Shown piece after piece: positions 12,173-26,360 of a stretch of 64,000 nucleotides of DNA. How positions within the stretch are numbered: the first letter of the stretch is position 1; every line of letters begins with the position of its first letter. The stretch is from Tubiluchus corallicola (Eukaryota > Animalia > Priapulida): assembly GCA_030141605.1 (NCBI GenBank), contig JAQGDQ010000109.1, positions 1-64,000 of the forward strand, in the 5' to 3' direction. Position numbers and translations under genes: made by a program. Below the pieces are notes generated by a model that searched no databases, was not told where the DNA came from, and worked only from the letters and a program-made list of their open reading frames with translations.

Positions 12173-13436
12173 TTACAGTTGAGTCGATTGACATAGCACG
12201 GTTTTCTTCACTTCTTCCACATCGTCTTAAAATACTCTTAACGTGCGTGATATGCAAGGCTTTTGTAAATCTCTACGCTTAAGCTCGCAGTTATTTTATT
12301 GATTCAAAGTTACCAATTAATCGATTTACATGCCAGGTTTTTAATTTCGAACCATAAATACTTCACGCTTTTGTGAGCAGACATTGAGCAAATGCATTAA
12401 GAGCAATCCTACCCACGGACTAATGTGCAAGCCAAAAGGAAAGTCTTCTTCTCATCTGTTATAAGTCGTACGTAACGGACAAGCTGCAACACTCCCATTT
12501 TCACGGCCGCAAATTTTTCTCTGGACGTAGCTTTGCTAATATCGAAATTTATGTCAAAGTCAATTTGCCGGCAAAATCAATCAAAATAGAGGCAGAAGTT
12601 TTAGGTGCATTTACTCTAATTGCTGTTAACTTTATAGGTACTGTGTTCATTTTGTATGTTCTGTTAACAGTATGTACGATCATTTTTACATTAATTCTGC
12701 TTCAGACTTACTGTAATTCAAACGCCACGGAAACAGCCAGAAAACTGAAGCTTTGGGGCGTCCTTATGTACAAAACTTTTGCTTTTCATATTTTATTTTC
12801 TTCTAAGGTATAAGCCTTTAATAAAACAATAATTCTTTCAAACAGTATGCATACAATCGTGCGGTAATTAAACTAGTTACAGTTAAAGGCTATACGGTTA
12901 TAAACAACTCTTCTAAAATCTTTTCGAAAATTTCGAAAGAGTTCTTAAGAACTTCGCAAAAAAGTTAAAATAAAAAAACGTCAGTATTGGTAAATGTAGG
13001 TCAAATTCGTATTTTTCCTTTCCTGTAATTTCTGCTTTTAAAGTGTAAAGCTGCAGGTCTCTGAGACACATAAAATTGCTAGTGGATTTGCAATGTTCAC
13101 GAACTGTGTAAAATATGACGACTCCGTGCCAAATTGGCACAACTGAGGCAGATTTTCCACTGATCCAGTAGAGATGACCTATAAGATGACGTTGTAATAT
13201 TTGACTTACAGAGGATAGGTCTTCTAATTAAGAGCATTGTTCGCCAGTTCGCATGTACTTATTAGCGTATTGCCATCATGCAGTATTTACGAAAAATAAT
13301 TAGCCTGTAGTTGAGTGCAATGATAGGTCAGCAAAATAATATCATGTAGCCGTCACCTTTAAGTAGTTTATACATGACGAACTGCACACAGTGAGAAGTA
13401 CACCTAAACGTGCTACTCAAAACGAGCTTGTTGCTA

Positions 13437-13541
<105 letters not shown>

Positions 13542-13899
13542 CCTTCTATTTCAGGCAAAATGTTCCATAATAACACATATAATTAATTAATTACAGATAA
13601 AATTGACATAATAATTAATACAAATAATTGCATATTCAATAAAATGGCCCTGAAAACGTGTAAATTTTTGAAAATTTGACAATAAAAGTTCATTCCAGAA
13701 TTTGAACATATTCAATTTATATAGCACATCAGAATTCACAATATTAATAACATACTTATTAGTGATGTGAGCACATCAGTATATGCAAATGTTCTACGCA
13801 AACTAACAAACTGTGCTAATCACTCATCGCAAGCAATTTAAAAAAACAATTATTTGATTAAATAATATCTTAAAATGTGAGTAAGTTGAATATGAAGCC

Positions 13900-14165
13900 A
13901 ACAAACCCTGTCACCTAGTTTGCTATTCTGAAATTGAGTTTTTTAGTTGCGCATTTTGAGTAAGTTGAGTGCCTCACTTTACTCGCTGAAGATGACACCC
14001 ACATGCCCTGTCACTGAGTTAGGCATTCTGAAATTGAGTTTTTTAGTTGCGCATTTTTGAGTAAGGTGAGTACCTCACTTTACTTGCTCAAGATGAAACA
14101 AACATACCCCGTCACCGAGTTAGCTTTTCTGAAAATGAGTTTTTTAGTTGCATTTTGAGTAAGTT
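13900..14165. repeat. About 100-bp tandem repeat, 2.6 copies
   Basis: CCC(T/C)GTCAC..AGTT...TTCTGAAA.TGAGTTTTTTAGTTGC recurs at 13906, 14006 and 14107. Confidence 0.9.
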
Positions 14166-14229
14166 TTAAAGATGCCAAATTCATCAAAATTATTATGTTT
14201 TGGTCGTTCATTAAGAATATAACACAGGA

Positions 14230-14690
14230 ATTCATCTTTAATCTCCATGCAACGTGCGAACGATATTGCTTACGTTACAGCTAATATTGAAAAAATGCAA
14301 GACGCAAAAAACACGATCAGCCACCGTTTAGAGAAATGTAATCTTAAAGTTAACAATACAATGACGAAGCAATACCATTTTCGGAGAGGAGGTAATGATT
14401 CGTGGAAAAGATGTAAATACTTTGGTAGCTTGTGAGACACCGAAGCCAAACACGAAGAAGGAAATTCTTGCATTGTCTGCTTATTCAGATCTCACAATGG
14501 TCTTGAAAACAATAGACTTACAAGGTCCAGATCCTTTCGACTTTGGCTAGTTTGGTTATACAATGCTGAGCTATTGGCAAAAAATGTTAAACAGCAGAAG
14601 GAAAATGACGCTTTTCAAAGACGTGTCTACAGAAAACTGTTAGCCATTAATTGGCTTAACAGAATAGGCCTATCCAATAATGATGTGGCG
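14230..14690 (+). mobile_element. Degenerate non-LTR retrotransposon RT/thumb relic (RTE-like)
   Basis: Fragments ANDIAYV (ADD-like), LKVNNTMTK, CKYFGSL, YNAEL and DAFQRRVYRKLLAINW in shifting frames. Confidence 0.6.
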
Positions 14691-16166
14691 AAGAAGAACC
14701 CTTATAATAAACAAATCCAGTAGAGGTGTCTCAGTCATATCGGGCGTGTACTTTCCCTTTAATAAAAATAGGATGACAGGTAAAACCGCCCAAAGTAGTT
14801 TTGCCGGTGCTACAATTTACTATCTAGATTCGGTGTTGTTTAACTATTGTAACCAAGCACAACTCAGTTATTTTCCTTGTCATTTTGTAAAGATTCTCTC
14901 GGATCTATTTTGCAGCAGAAATTTTGATAATGCTACATATCTGCTCTCTACCCAAACACAATATAATAAACAGGTTTAATATCGCTAATGCAACATAGCT
15001 TTTGCTACGGTCATGTCCTTTCTGGTTGATAATAACAGCCATGATGTGTTCCATCAAATTTTATACGACGATGAATTTTAAAAATATTCTGTCCTTTCGT
15101 ATGTCCTAATCGATAATTCAATTAAAGTGAAAGATATGATAGAATAATGTAATGGAAATATAGAAATTTTGCTTAATACTTTGCTTAAATACATTTTTGC
15201 CGAGGTGTCACAATGGCAGATGTTTTCATAGCTCTAATTCATGCATTTTTATTTTCATTTTCCTGCTGTAAGGAGAACCCTGCAACATGCGGCATCAGAA
15301 TAATTGACCTGCATATATAAAGCATATTAATAAAATTCTTTCGTTCACGTTTATAGTGTTCTGCCGTCGGGCTCTCGCCGCCAGGATAGTTGTGATAACC
15401 CTTGGACGGTTTGAACCAGAGCTATCGGTGGGCGAGAGGCCTCGATTCGAAAACCACATCCTACAACGACTGAACCAAACGACTGGGAGACATTTACCAG
15501 CTTTGAAAGAGAGACATTTGAAAATCCTGACAGACTTAGTAATTTTGCTAAATTAAGATGTTAATGTATGAAAGAATCTTTGTAATCGAAATGAACATAT
15601 AGCTGGCTAAATAAAAAACATAAAAAAAAGAAAATCTACGCTTGAGGATTCACCACTCCCACACACCGGCACCGAAACAGTTGGGAGACAAGTCCTGTCT
15701 CCCAACTGTTTACAATACAATTTTTTATTGTAGACTATATTTTACTATTGGGAGGGCGGGAGCAGGTTTGTCTTGTTTGGTGATCAAACCAATACCAGCA
15801 ACCACTGAACTCAAGGAAACAGGATACGGCACTTGTATTTATAGATTTTGCATAGGTGACATAGGTAAGTATTTAAATTTTAACCAATCAGAAAGCAGGA
15901 TTTGTGAATTTCATGCAGGTAAGATTATTACATTTTGATTTACATCGGGTGTTTTACTTTAAAGTGACTTTGAAATAAAATACTGGCCGCATATCTGTAC
16001 CCTTAAGTGGGTGAAAGTTTGAACGCAAAAACAGGGCGAAACTTCACCCCTCAACCATTATAGGTAATTTTTATGCTCATAGAGCATAATTAATTGTTAG
16101 GTAAAGCTGGCTGAACAGCTTCTGGTTTTGTCAGGTCAGGAAACGTATGTAAATGTACACACTACA

Positions 16167-16406
16167 ATAATGATAATGATAATGATAATGATAATGATAA
16201 TGATAATGATAATGATAATGATAATGATAATGATAATGATAATGATAATGATAATGATAATGATAATGATAATGATAATGATAATGATAATGATAATGAT
16301 AATGATAATGATAATGATAATGATAATGATAATGATAATGATAATGATAATGATAATGATAATGATAATGATAATGATAATGATAATGATAATGATAATG
16401 ATAATG

Positions 16407-16449
<43 letters not shown>

Positions 16450-16455
16450 TAATAA
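16167..16455. repeat. (ATAATG)n hexamer microsatellite ending in (ATA)n
   Basis: Directly visible. Confidence 0.97.
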
Positions 16456-19279
16456 ATTTTTGATGATAAGCATACAGACAAAATGTTTGCATGATGTTCA
16501 TCTTAATTTACTAAACTTATTCATCCATTCCCCATTGGAGTTTGCACCAGGAACTGAGAATGATTACAGCAGTACTGAGCCTTACAACATTTCTATAAGT
16601 TTTCGTTCCTCCTCTTATGCCCATTTTCTAAACATTTCCTGCAAATGTCGTGGCTGTCTTCAAACCATGCAAATCATGGCTGATGTCTGAAATAGTAAAC
16701 ACTCAACTCCATGGATGCTTGCTTAATTTAGTTCTTATACAATCTTAACAACAATCACAAGAGGGAACGTTAATTTAGTGTGACGTGAATGTAATAAGTT
16801 ATTTCATGTAAGAGCAAGTTCTATAGAAACACAAGATTGCCTTCAATAAACGCAGACTGCAAGCCTCAGCGAATCTAACCAAGCATCGTGTTAGCTTGGT
16901 GAGCTTTTATTGCTGCTCTGAAATGCTCAAAATTTCTGAACTGGCATACTGAATAGCGATTACGGTTTGTGCTTCACAAAGTATGAAGTTAAGCAATGCC
17001 AAACTGGTAAATGGATGGGTACCTTTCGAGAAAACTTCTGATTTCATCCGCCATGCTTCCAGTTATAAATTTCGTTTAAGCATACTTGTTGGACGGATGT
17101 ACGTGCATCCAAGTATAGTAAGACACATCAGCCAGGTCAGTGTCTCGTTTAGCCATGTTTAGCTAGCTGTTTTAGATAATAATGTAAATAACGACGTGCG
17201 CAAGTCAGTGTATAATTGTACTTAGTGCCATATTCGAAAGTCTGAAAAAAGGTTCTCTCTATCTATGTAAGTATCTGTCTGTCTATCTATTTCGACTTAG
17301 AGTTGTTCGACTGAAGCTAAATTTGAACCTAAAGCCTTTAAGCCTAACCTATTATCACTAAACCGCACAGGTTATTGTGATCAAGACAGGCCTTTATTCA
17401 ATCCTAACTGTTTGGCCTTTCATTCGTTCATTCGTCTATCAATTTTCTTTTTTCTGAATGGCGTTTAGGACAGACAGACAGACAGACAATAACATGGATT
17501 AACTGAAATTTTCGATAATTTCCGTAAATATTATCTAAAAAGGAAACACCAAAAAATAATAAAGAATTTGAAAGAGGCGTATTGTAAAAACGGCGATTTA
17601 CAAAGTTTTTAAAAAAAGATAGGCGAAGTTGTACGTGACGTGAGTCTAATAGTAACGTAAATTATGAGGTTCATTATTTCATCGTCTAGCCGTGAAATAA
17701 AAAACCCAGACAGGTAGCCTTACTAGCCTAATTAGTGTGAGAAGTGTATTGTAGAGGTGCGTGCTCAAAAGGGTGTACGTGAATTAAACGCAATCTGTTT
17801 TTAATGGAAACACTATTTTTCTGGTAATTACACCAGGTTGAAAAAATATTCGCTTTATTAATTTTTTTCAATAGCCCTTTGAAAAGCTGAAGAGTGGGTC
17901 CTAAACGAGGTGTGCGAGAGTCATGAGGAAAGATTTTTTTATTTATTGTTTCACACGGATCACTGTGACCATAAAATAAAATGCTTAAAAAATCTAAATG
18001 CATTTTCACAAGATTACGCTGGTAGCAGCTGTGTAAAAACGTAAAAACTAACTAGTCATGAAAACTGGCGATAACCAGTAACGTTACAGGAAAGGCTTGA
18101 AGATAAATAGCGGCTCAAACGTTTTGACTGTTCAGTGTTTTATTTTGTAGAGCCATTCTTGATAACCAGCTAGATTTCTGTCCCGCCATCTCAACCGTCA
18201 AACAGCCTTATGGCTGTTGGGTGTTGGATCCAAGCTTGTAGAGTGCTGGTCTGCGCAAAAAAAACTTAGAATCTAATGCAGCACCTCAGGTATAAGAATG
18301 CTAGCTCATTATTGAGGCTTTTTTATTATTTTTAGGAGTTATAAATATAGAAAAAGAACGCGCTACTAACAAAAATGATTTGTTTATTCTCTTAACTCTT
18401 TCTTATATTAAAATGAATTGCAAAAATATCAAGTATACATTTTCACAAGATTACTCTTGTGGCATCTGTGACAAAAGCCCAAAAACCAACTACGCATAAT
18501 TAGCGATCACCAGTAACGTTGCAAGAAAAACTTGCGCACTACTGAAAAAGTTGTACGTATTGAATTATAACTACCGATGACAAATTAAGCAATTTTAGTT
18601 GAACACATTTCAGTCAGAGTCTTCTGTCACGATGCTCATCGAAAGGTACCTTTCACTTCTTTAAATAGTTATGTGAACAATTATTTTCTCATATTTATGT
18701 TTTATGAGCAGAACGAAATGCTTTAAAAGTCTTAAATCGAGCAGTTTTTCAAAAACCTATATTACTATAACGATTTAAATGCGCCACGTTTGGTTTAAAA
18801 TGGCCAATTTTGTATGAATTAAAGGTGTATTCGTTCTCGGTCTATACGCTTAGATAATCGAGCAAACATGTAGTCCAAGCGAAACTGATCGTGAATTGAG
18901 AACTTATCGGATATGCGACCGTGGATTTTAATAGGCAAGCCGAGTTCAGGTTATCTAGCATTGCACAGCCACAGTTGTATGATTTGCAATTGTAAGCAAT
19001 CTAATATGCCACTGTCATCAGCGTCAGTGTCTGTGATTTGGATGCATTGCTGATGCTACACAGAAGAGAGAGTGACAAAGTTAGAATTCGAAAAGAATTG
19101 TTAATCCAACAGAATACACGCACACGCACGCACTTAATAAACAAATAAAAGGAAAACAGGATGATTTTTTATATCCTACTCCCTTTTGAATTACTGTAAA
19201 AGGTACATTTTAACTCATTTAATAATGCCCAAGTGTTTCTGATAATTAAATAGTAGGTTAAACACTTAATTAATGGCGA

Positions 19280-19725
19280 GCGAGCGCTGCCAGTGATGAC
19301 ATCACAACTGAACGTAACTTTCAACAGCACATACAATCCAAACGTATTTGCGAAAACGATGAAGTATAGTGCTACTGTACAACGTTCGGGGTAATACACA
19401 AAAACTCAGAAAATTTCAAGTCTTCCATTGTGCTCACTTATGAGCTTTCGACCATGTGTAATATGTCACAACCGAACACCTCTGAACTAAGAGGTACAGC
19501 CCTTGTTTCCGCGTTTCCGAGATGCAGGCACTCGTGGCCATCTAACTAGCAAATGGCAAAATACATGTAACAGCGAAGAACTAGTGACGCGAAGCGAAAT
19601 TATGTTTCTGTAGTAATAGCTCTTTCGCGTAAGACATTTTTGAAAAAAATAGCATGTTTCCTTTCAGTATTTTATAAATTATATTGTTTTGAACTAAAAT
19701 TTAAGATAGAGTCCGGTTTTTCTTT
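19280..19725 (-). mobile_element. Dispersed repeat family A, inverted copy
   Basis: Reverse complement aligns to 4655-5120 (AAACCGGAC..., TTCGCTGTTACAT, TTCAGAGGTGTTCG). Confidence 0.65.
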
Positions 19726-20848
19726 AACAAAGCAAAAAGAAAAATGGTCGTGCGTGGTGCGCGCGTGTCCCTCGCTTGTTCCTCGCCTGACCATTCTTCC
19801 CTCAAGACAATTATTCTTATAGTCAAAACCCAATTGCAGAAAAACAGCCAAATGTAACAATAAATTTCTTCAACTCTGAAAGAGTTTTTAAAAAGATAGC
19901 AATTAGCAACAGATTAAATTAATCCGCCTGTAACCCAGCTAGAAAACGCTGTAATTGCTTGCTATCTATATTAAGCAGGTTAAAATTTTTAGTGAGGAAT
20001 AAAACCAGAGAGCTATTTTATTCCGTCTTCAACGTTGCAGATATCAGTTTTTTTCTTAAGCACGTTTAAGACTAGCCCAATTTAATATATCGTCATTTCG
20101 TTAATGATTTTTTCAGTGACTGATTTTTAGTCGCTTATTTATTAAGGAACGAGCAGTCTGTAGAGCCATGTCCTAAGAACTTACGTTGTCTTTACTCTAT
20201 TTAGTCCATGGGATGGTCATGTCGCTAGCGTTGTCTGGGAGTAGCTCGACTAGACTTAGTTCTAGATTTGAGTCTCATAGCTTCGGAGTTCCATGCATCG
20301 CTAAGCAAAAAACCCAACAAATATTATTTTCTCCTTTGTACGTTATGTTTGTGATTATAAGTTTAATCACTAACGGCAAATAAATCTTGTTTTGACTTAG
20401 AAATTGGTGCTTTTGACAATAAAACTGCAGCAACGGGTACCATAAAACTTTTCTGTTTTCTCTGCTGTTACTTTACATGTCGTGTTAAAGCTGTGAATAG
20501 TTTTATAGCAATGAGCTTATACAGGTCTCATGACAATACCTTCTTCGTCTGTAAACTCAGTATTACGTCAGGCATCTATTTAGAGGTTCGTATGAGGGAT
20601 GTTGCCTCTGTTCTGCTGCGTTGTGCTGTTCTTACGTACTATATTGAATAAAAAACAGTGATCGTCAACTAGAAACCTACGAGTGTACAAAATGCTAGCC
20701 AAATTTTGAGCTGAGATATCTAGCAATAAAGATGTCCTTTTTTGCTTACTGATGCAAGCCGCTATTTTGTTGACTAATTTATTGCTTTGTTTTTGGATAC
20801 GTTTTTCTCACGTGTACAGACAACGTTCAGGTGAACAAAAATAAGAAT

Positions 20849-21132
20849 CTTTTCTCAAGTTACCTCACAACTAACGATGTCATTAATTAGTTCGATTATG
20901 ACTGTGATTGCAATTTTTCAGCATCTCTTTTCTTTCTCCAGTTCATTACCTGCAATGGTTAATAATCGTTAAAAATAAACGTCAGGTCTCGGGTTCAAGT
21001 CCCGAATAGTCAAAAACTTTCAGCATCTCCTTTCTTTCTCCAACTCATTATTCGCAATGGGTAATAATTGTTAAAAATAAACCGCAATAGTTTATAAACA
21101 CTCTGGCAGTCACAGTCATAATTTAACGAATT
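20849..21132. mobile_element. Short element with subterminal inverted repeats and a tRNA B-box-like core, nested in an older repeat
   Basis: Flanked by the 12-bp direct repeat AAAAATAAGAAT (20837-20848, 21133-21144). Inverted repeat ATTATGACTGTGA / TCACAGTCATAAT. GGTTCAAGTCCC inside. Relatives at about 60550-60900 and 63230-63275. Confidence 0.6.
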
Positions 21133-22944
21133 AAAAATAAGAATTGGTTACGATATTTTATCAAGTTTTCAGTTTTCTGCCCTATGTATGAACTGGGCTT
21201 AACCTTTTAGCGTGCGCGTCACGCCAGATAACTGACAAATAGGTCTAAGCGAATTTATTTCTTAAAGAATTAAAAGCGATTAGGACATATTGGTGTTTTT
21301 TTCGTTTTTTTACTTGTTTGAGAACCTATAATATCAGTAATAAAAATAATTTGTTGACGTAAAATAAGTCTTATTTTATTTTGACCCAAATTGAAAAGGC
21401 TAATAACATTTAGGCACATTTAGTAGAAGCTGCACAATTAAGACAAGCAAAAGACTTTTAAATGAAGAATGACTTTACTGCAGTTAATTTAACTCTGTTA
21501 AACGCTCTAATAAAGGGCTTCAGTTTCGAGGTAAGAAAGTCGCCTTGAGATTTCATTTCATCATTAGTCATTTAGTCATTTAAAACTAACCTTGAGGCGA
21601 GACTATTTATTTTAAGCATCTGCTGCTTCGTGAAAACAGACTGTATTATTCTCTCATAGTACGAAGACACTGTCAAAAAGACTCGAAAGGTGGGATATAA
21701 ATCAGTTAAAATCTGAATTCTTTTAAAATCAGACAGATTTTTGTAGTAAAACGTTTACAGTGGTTGCTTGCTATGATTACCATTGTAACGGTCTACAAAG
21801 TACCCAATGTGACATTGACACTGCTGGAACGCCCGCGCATTTTTGATCATTGGTGGGTGCCTGACAGTCACCCATCGACATGGTACATCATAAAGTAACA
21901 TGATGATGATGATAAGTTTTTATTAGCCTCTTTTTACAGGCAAAACTTTCTGTACAAATATTATACAGTTTTACATAGACAGAGTGAATTCTAACGTATT
22001 ACGAATTCAGTAATTAAATTTTATAATGGTGCGCATAACGTTAATTACGGTGATGTTAAACAATAAGTATTAAAGTGGGTGCTAAAATCAAGGTTATAAA
22101 TGAAGCAAGTTTCCTGTCTAGTGACATAAAAATACATTCAATTAATATACTAAATTATAAAATCTCTAGTGCAATATTTAAGACCAGAAAGAGTTATAGC
22201 CAATTATCTCGAAAACTACACAAATTTAAGACCTATTTTACTAAAATTTAGCAGCAAGATCTTAACATAGAAGGGTCTTTTACAAACAAGTTTGTGTTGA
22301 TATTTTAAATTTACATTTTGGTGGCATACACAAAATTTAAGTTGTCATTTCCTAATTCGTTTAGTAATACATAAAGTAACAGCAGAAGCGTTAGATAAGA
22401 GTGTTTTTATTTCAAGCACGTCTTACTGAACAAAGAAAAATTGTCTACAATGTATTTTATTTTGATCGTTTCTCATTGTTTTCGTGGCACCATGAAGGAA
22501 AACGTAAAACAAACTATTAATCTATGCAACATTTCTGCTAGAAGCTTTGAAAAACTTTAGTGCCTTAAGAAATTTTTAAAAACACCTTTAACATGTCGTA
22601 AAATTTAGGATAACACAAAAAATTTTGCTGTTTTTTTAAAGTAAAAAATCTTTTTAACTACTTACATGCAGCCTATATACAGCTAGAGTGCATAATATTG
22701 TATGCTGTCCTCAGCTTTCCTCTGGAAGATAATTGGATACTTCATGACGTGCAGTTTAATTAGAGGGAAATTGAATGTGGTCGCAAATCAACGAAGTTGA
22801 CTCTATCACCCATAATTTTAATTATATGCTGAAGTAAATAAACACACCCAGTGCATGCTATCAGCAGGAAATTTCACTCTTTTATCCAGTAGATTTTAAT
22901 TACACGCTAAAATTTCAGACAAAGTGGCATAATTTCCTCGGTTT

Positions 22945-23293
22945 TCTGGATTTCCTGGAGAGCTGGGGTGACAGATCTCTTTGTCTTCAGCTGTAGTGGA
23001 CGAGTCTTCACTTTGCGTGAAGTCGCTGCTTGAGAAATTATTTGCGTTACCTACCTATCTGTCTGTTCTAAAAAAAGTTTTCCACCAGATCAGCATTTTA
23101 TCATTAAGACGCATGATTTCTTGGATTATCTGGATTTCCTGGAGTGCTATTACGACAGATCTCTTTGTCTTCAGCTGTAGTGGACGAGTCTTCGCTTTGC
23201 CAGAAGCCGTTGCTTGAGAACCTATTTGGGCTACTTACCTACCTGTCTGTTCGAAAAAAACTTTCCATCAGATTGGTATTTTATCATTAAGAA
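22945..23293. repeat. About 184-bp tandem duplication
   Basis: TCTGGATTTCCTGGAG...GACAGATCTCTTTGTCTTCAGCTGTAGTGGACGAGTCTTC...TTTTATCATTAAGA occurs twice. Confidence 0.9.
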
Positions 23294-24368
23294 CGATTAC
23301 AGTAACAACAAAGTCAATCAATTTTGTAGGCTTAAAACGTTAACTCGTACGAACCAAAATCCCTTCTCCTTTTCATTAACAAAATTGCGCAAGATACTTA
23401 CCACATTTCTTTTTATTCCTGCACTATGATGAACGATACACCTAAAGACAACTTAATATTAGCTGAGTAATGACTCATTGCAAAGTGTACGTTCCACTAC
23501 TTGCACTAACACCTCGCGTATCTCACTTGGATTGATACAGACTTATCTTCTGCTGCTTCTTTAATGGCCAATGAAAAAAAGACGACCTTTTGTTCACTAA
23601 TCACAATTACTTACAATTAATTGCCACTAAAATGCTTTATAACAAAACCTTATCGGAAAAAAATCCGAAAAAACACAATTTTATTGCCGACGTTTATGTA
23701 GCTGACAAAAAAACGCTCAATGATAATTATTAACCTCAAAGAAAGAAGAAGACCTCAATCTTGGCTTCTCGTATCACGCGCTTGGGACAGAGAAAATAAT
23801 AGGTTATCAAGATAACACCTGTCAGAGCCTGCCACGAATAAATGATGTGTTTATAATGGTTAATTTCACCTTCAATACTGCAAGCACAAGAGATGTCTAG
23901 AGGTTAGTCTTACATTAGTCATGAGGAACCAAGATGATACAAAATGAAATTAGTATCCTGCCAACCTAAAGAAAATAAAATTATTATCATTATTATTTCT
24001 CACAAAAAGGAATGTACAGATAACAATACGTAACAAGTAATAAGAAATTGGCGTACAAAAAAGCAACTGCTTGCAATTAAAATGCTTCGATGTGTGCAGA
24101 AAGAAAATATTGTAAGACCACAATAGAGATGTCTTTTTTCTGCTTATCGATGCAAGCTGCCATTTTGCTTTCTAAGCACAGCTTTTTTGTTTGTCTTTGT
24201 TACATATGTATAAGTGACGTCTAGGTGATTATAGGAAACAAAAATAAAAATTACGAAATTCTATAATGTTTTCTATTTACTGCCGACGCTGTGAATTAGG
24301 CTTAACCTTTTAGCGAGTTCAGCAATCAAGTTAGGGTGTGCATAGAGAAGAGTAGGGCCAGAGGGACA

Positions 24369-24465
24369 AGTGGTCCTTTGTCTGGTGATCCGTTGTCCGG
24401 TAGACCTTTGACCGGTGGTCCTTTGACCTGTGGTCCTTTGTCCGGTGGTCCTTTGACCTACAGCC
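24369..24465. repeat. 15-bp tandem array, possibly a solo Mutator/foldback-type TIR end
   Basis: GTGGTCCTTTG(T/A)CC x6, ending ...CCTACAGCC. Confidence 0.6.
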
Positions 24466-25743
24466 AAATGTACATTGTTAAGTGCAAATTTGCTACTAAA
24501 TCCAAAAAGACAATGAAATGTGTTATAGCTTCAGAAAATTACTTTTCCTAGTTGTGATAAAATGTATGTAGACGGTTTGGAAGTAGAACAAGGTACGTAT
24601 ACAAATTGGATGTTTATATTGATAATTGCATAAAGAAAAGTAAAGCAGAGACTTTCTGCTTATACAGAATTGAAGCTGCTATGTGTTGCATGCTATGCTA
24701 AAATTCATTGTAAGAAAAACGTGTTCTGAGTGCTATTGTATTCTTCATTGAACAAACACGAATTAGTACAGCAAACAGGACAATTGCGAATGAAATAGAA
24801 TTTATTGATGTTTTGAACAAATTTTCAAGACATTGTATTATTATCAAGTGACTTGCTCAAAACATCAATAGATTTCTATTTTATCTGCAACTGGTGTGGT
24901 TTGTATTAATTTTTGTTGGTTCAAAAATTCTGTTATGAGGAAAATGATATTAAAGAAATGTTCTCAGTAGAGGACTCTCTGTGGTTCACCGACTTAATGT
25001 GACCAAAGCATTGGATATACGGCCTGTTTTGCATTGAAAATGTGGCGCAGTATAGTTCTTTGCATTATTTTCTAAATATCACTGGTTAGGTGAATGATTT
25101 CTCAGGAACAAATTCTGTAGCCATTGATTGCATTGACTAGCAACCAGAAACGTTTAGAGCAGACGTGAAGAAGGGCCAATAATAGCATCGGTTTATTATT
25201 TGAAACTGTGAAAGACTGCAAGGAAATATTAAATATTTCCTAAAAATAGACGGATTCATTTCAAATCTGTTAACTGCTAAAACCGATGCCAGACGCGGGA
25301 ATCAGTATTGTTTACTTGCTTATAGAACTAAAAGTACAAAAATCTCTTATTTCACTAGCAAACAGTGTTATAAGACAGGTGAAACCCATTAAATTTATTT
25401 TGCCACTAATTGCCAGTATTTGGGTTCATTTTTTGATAAAAGAGAAAACTTTGGTGGTTAAACGTACAAAATGTTGATCCTTCCTACTGTAGAATGACGA
25501 ATCCACAATATCAGTAAATAAAGAGCAATAAAGTTCTTATAAAACCTCAAAATGCCCGCACTTGTGTAATTTTATAAAAGCTTCTGCTAGCGAGCTGCAA
25601 ATCAAAACCGAAGATACTTGCTGTACTCTCGAGGTGTTGAAATGGCCATAATCAAGAGAAATTGATGACTCGGAGCTCCTGGCAAGGGCATCAAAATTCT
25701 CCACCACCACCAACACCATTGCCAGCAAAATTATACTATTGTT

Positions 25744-25960
<217 letters not shown>

Positions 25961-26127
25961 TTCGCTTTAAGAATTGAAGACAGACAATAAAAACGTTAGT
26001 TCATAAAAACACACTAGGCGTTTACATCAAAGGCGTTTAGTAAGGTAAACTAGGCCTTCAAAGGGAATTATAAGACACTTAAAGACAAACTGTGAACATG
26101 CAGTGTACTATCATAAAACTACGTGCA

Positions 26128-26360
<233 letters not shown>

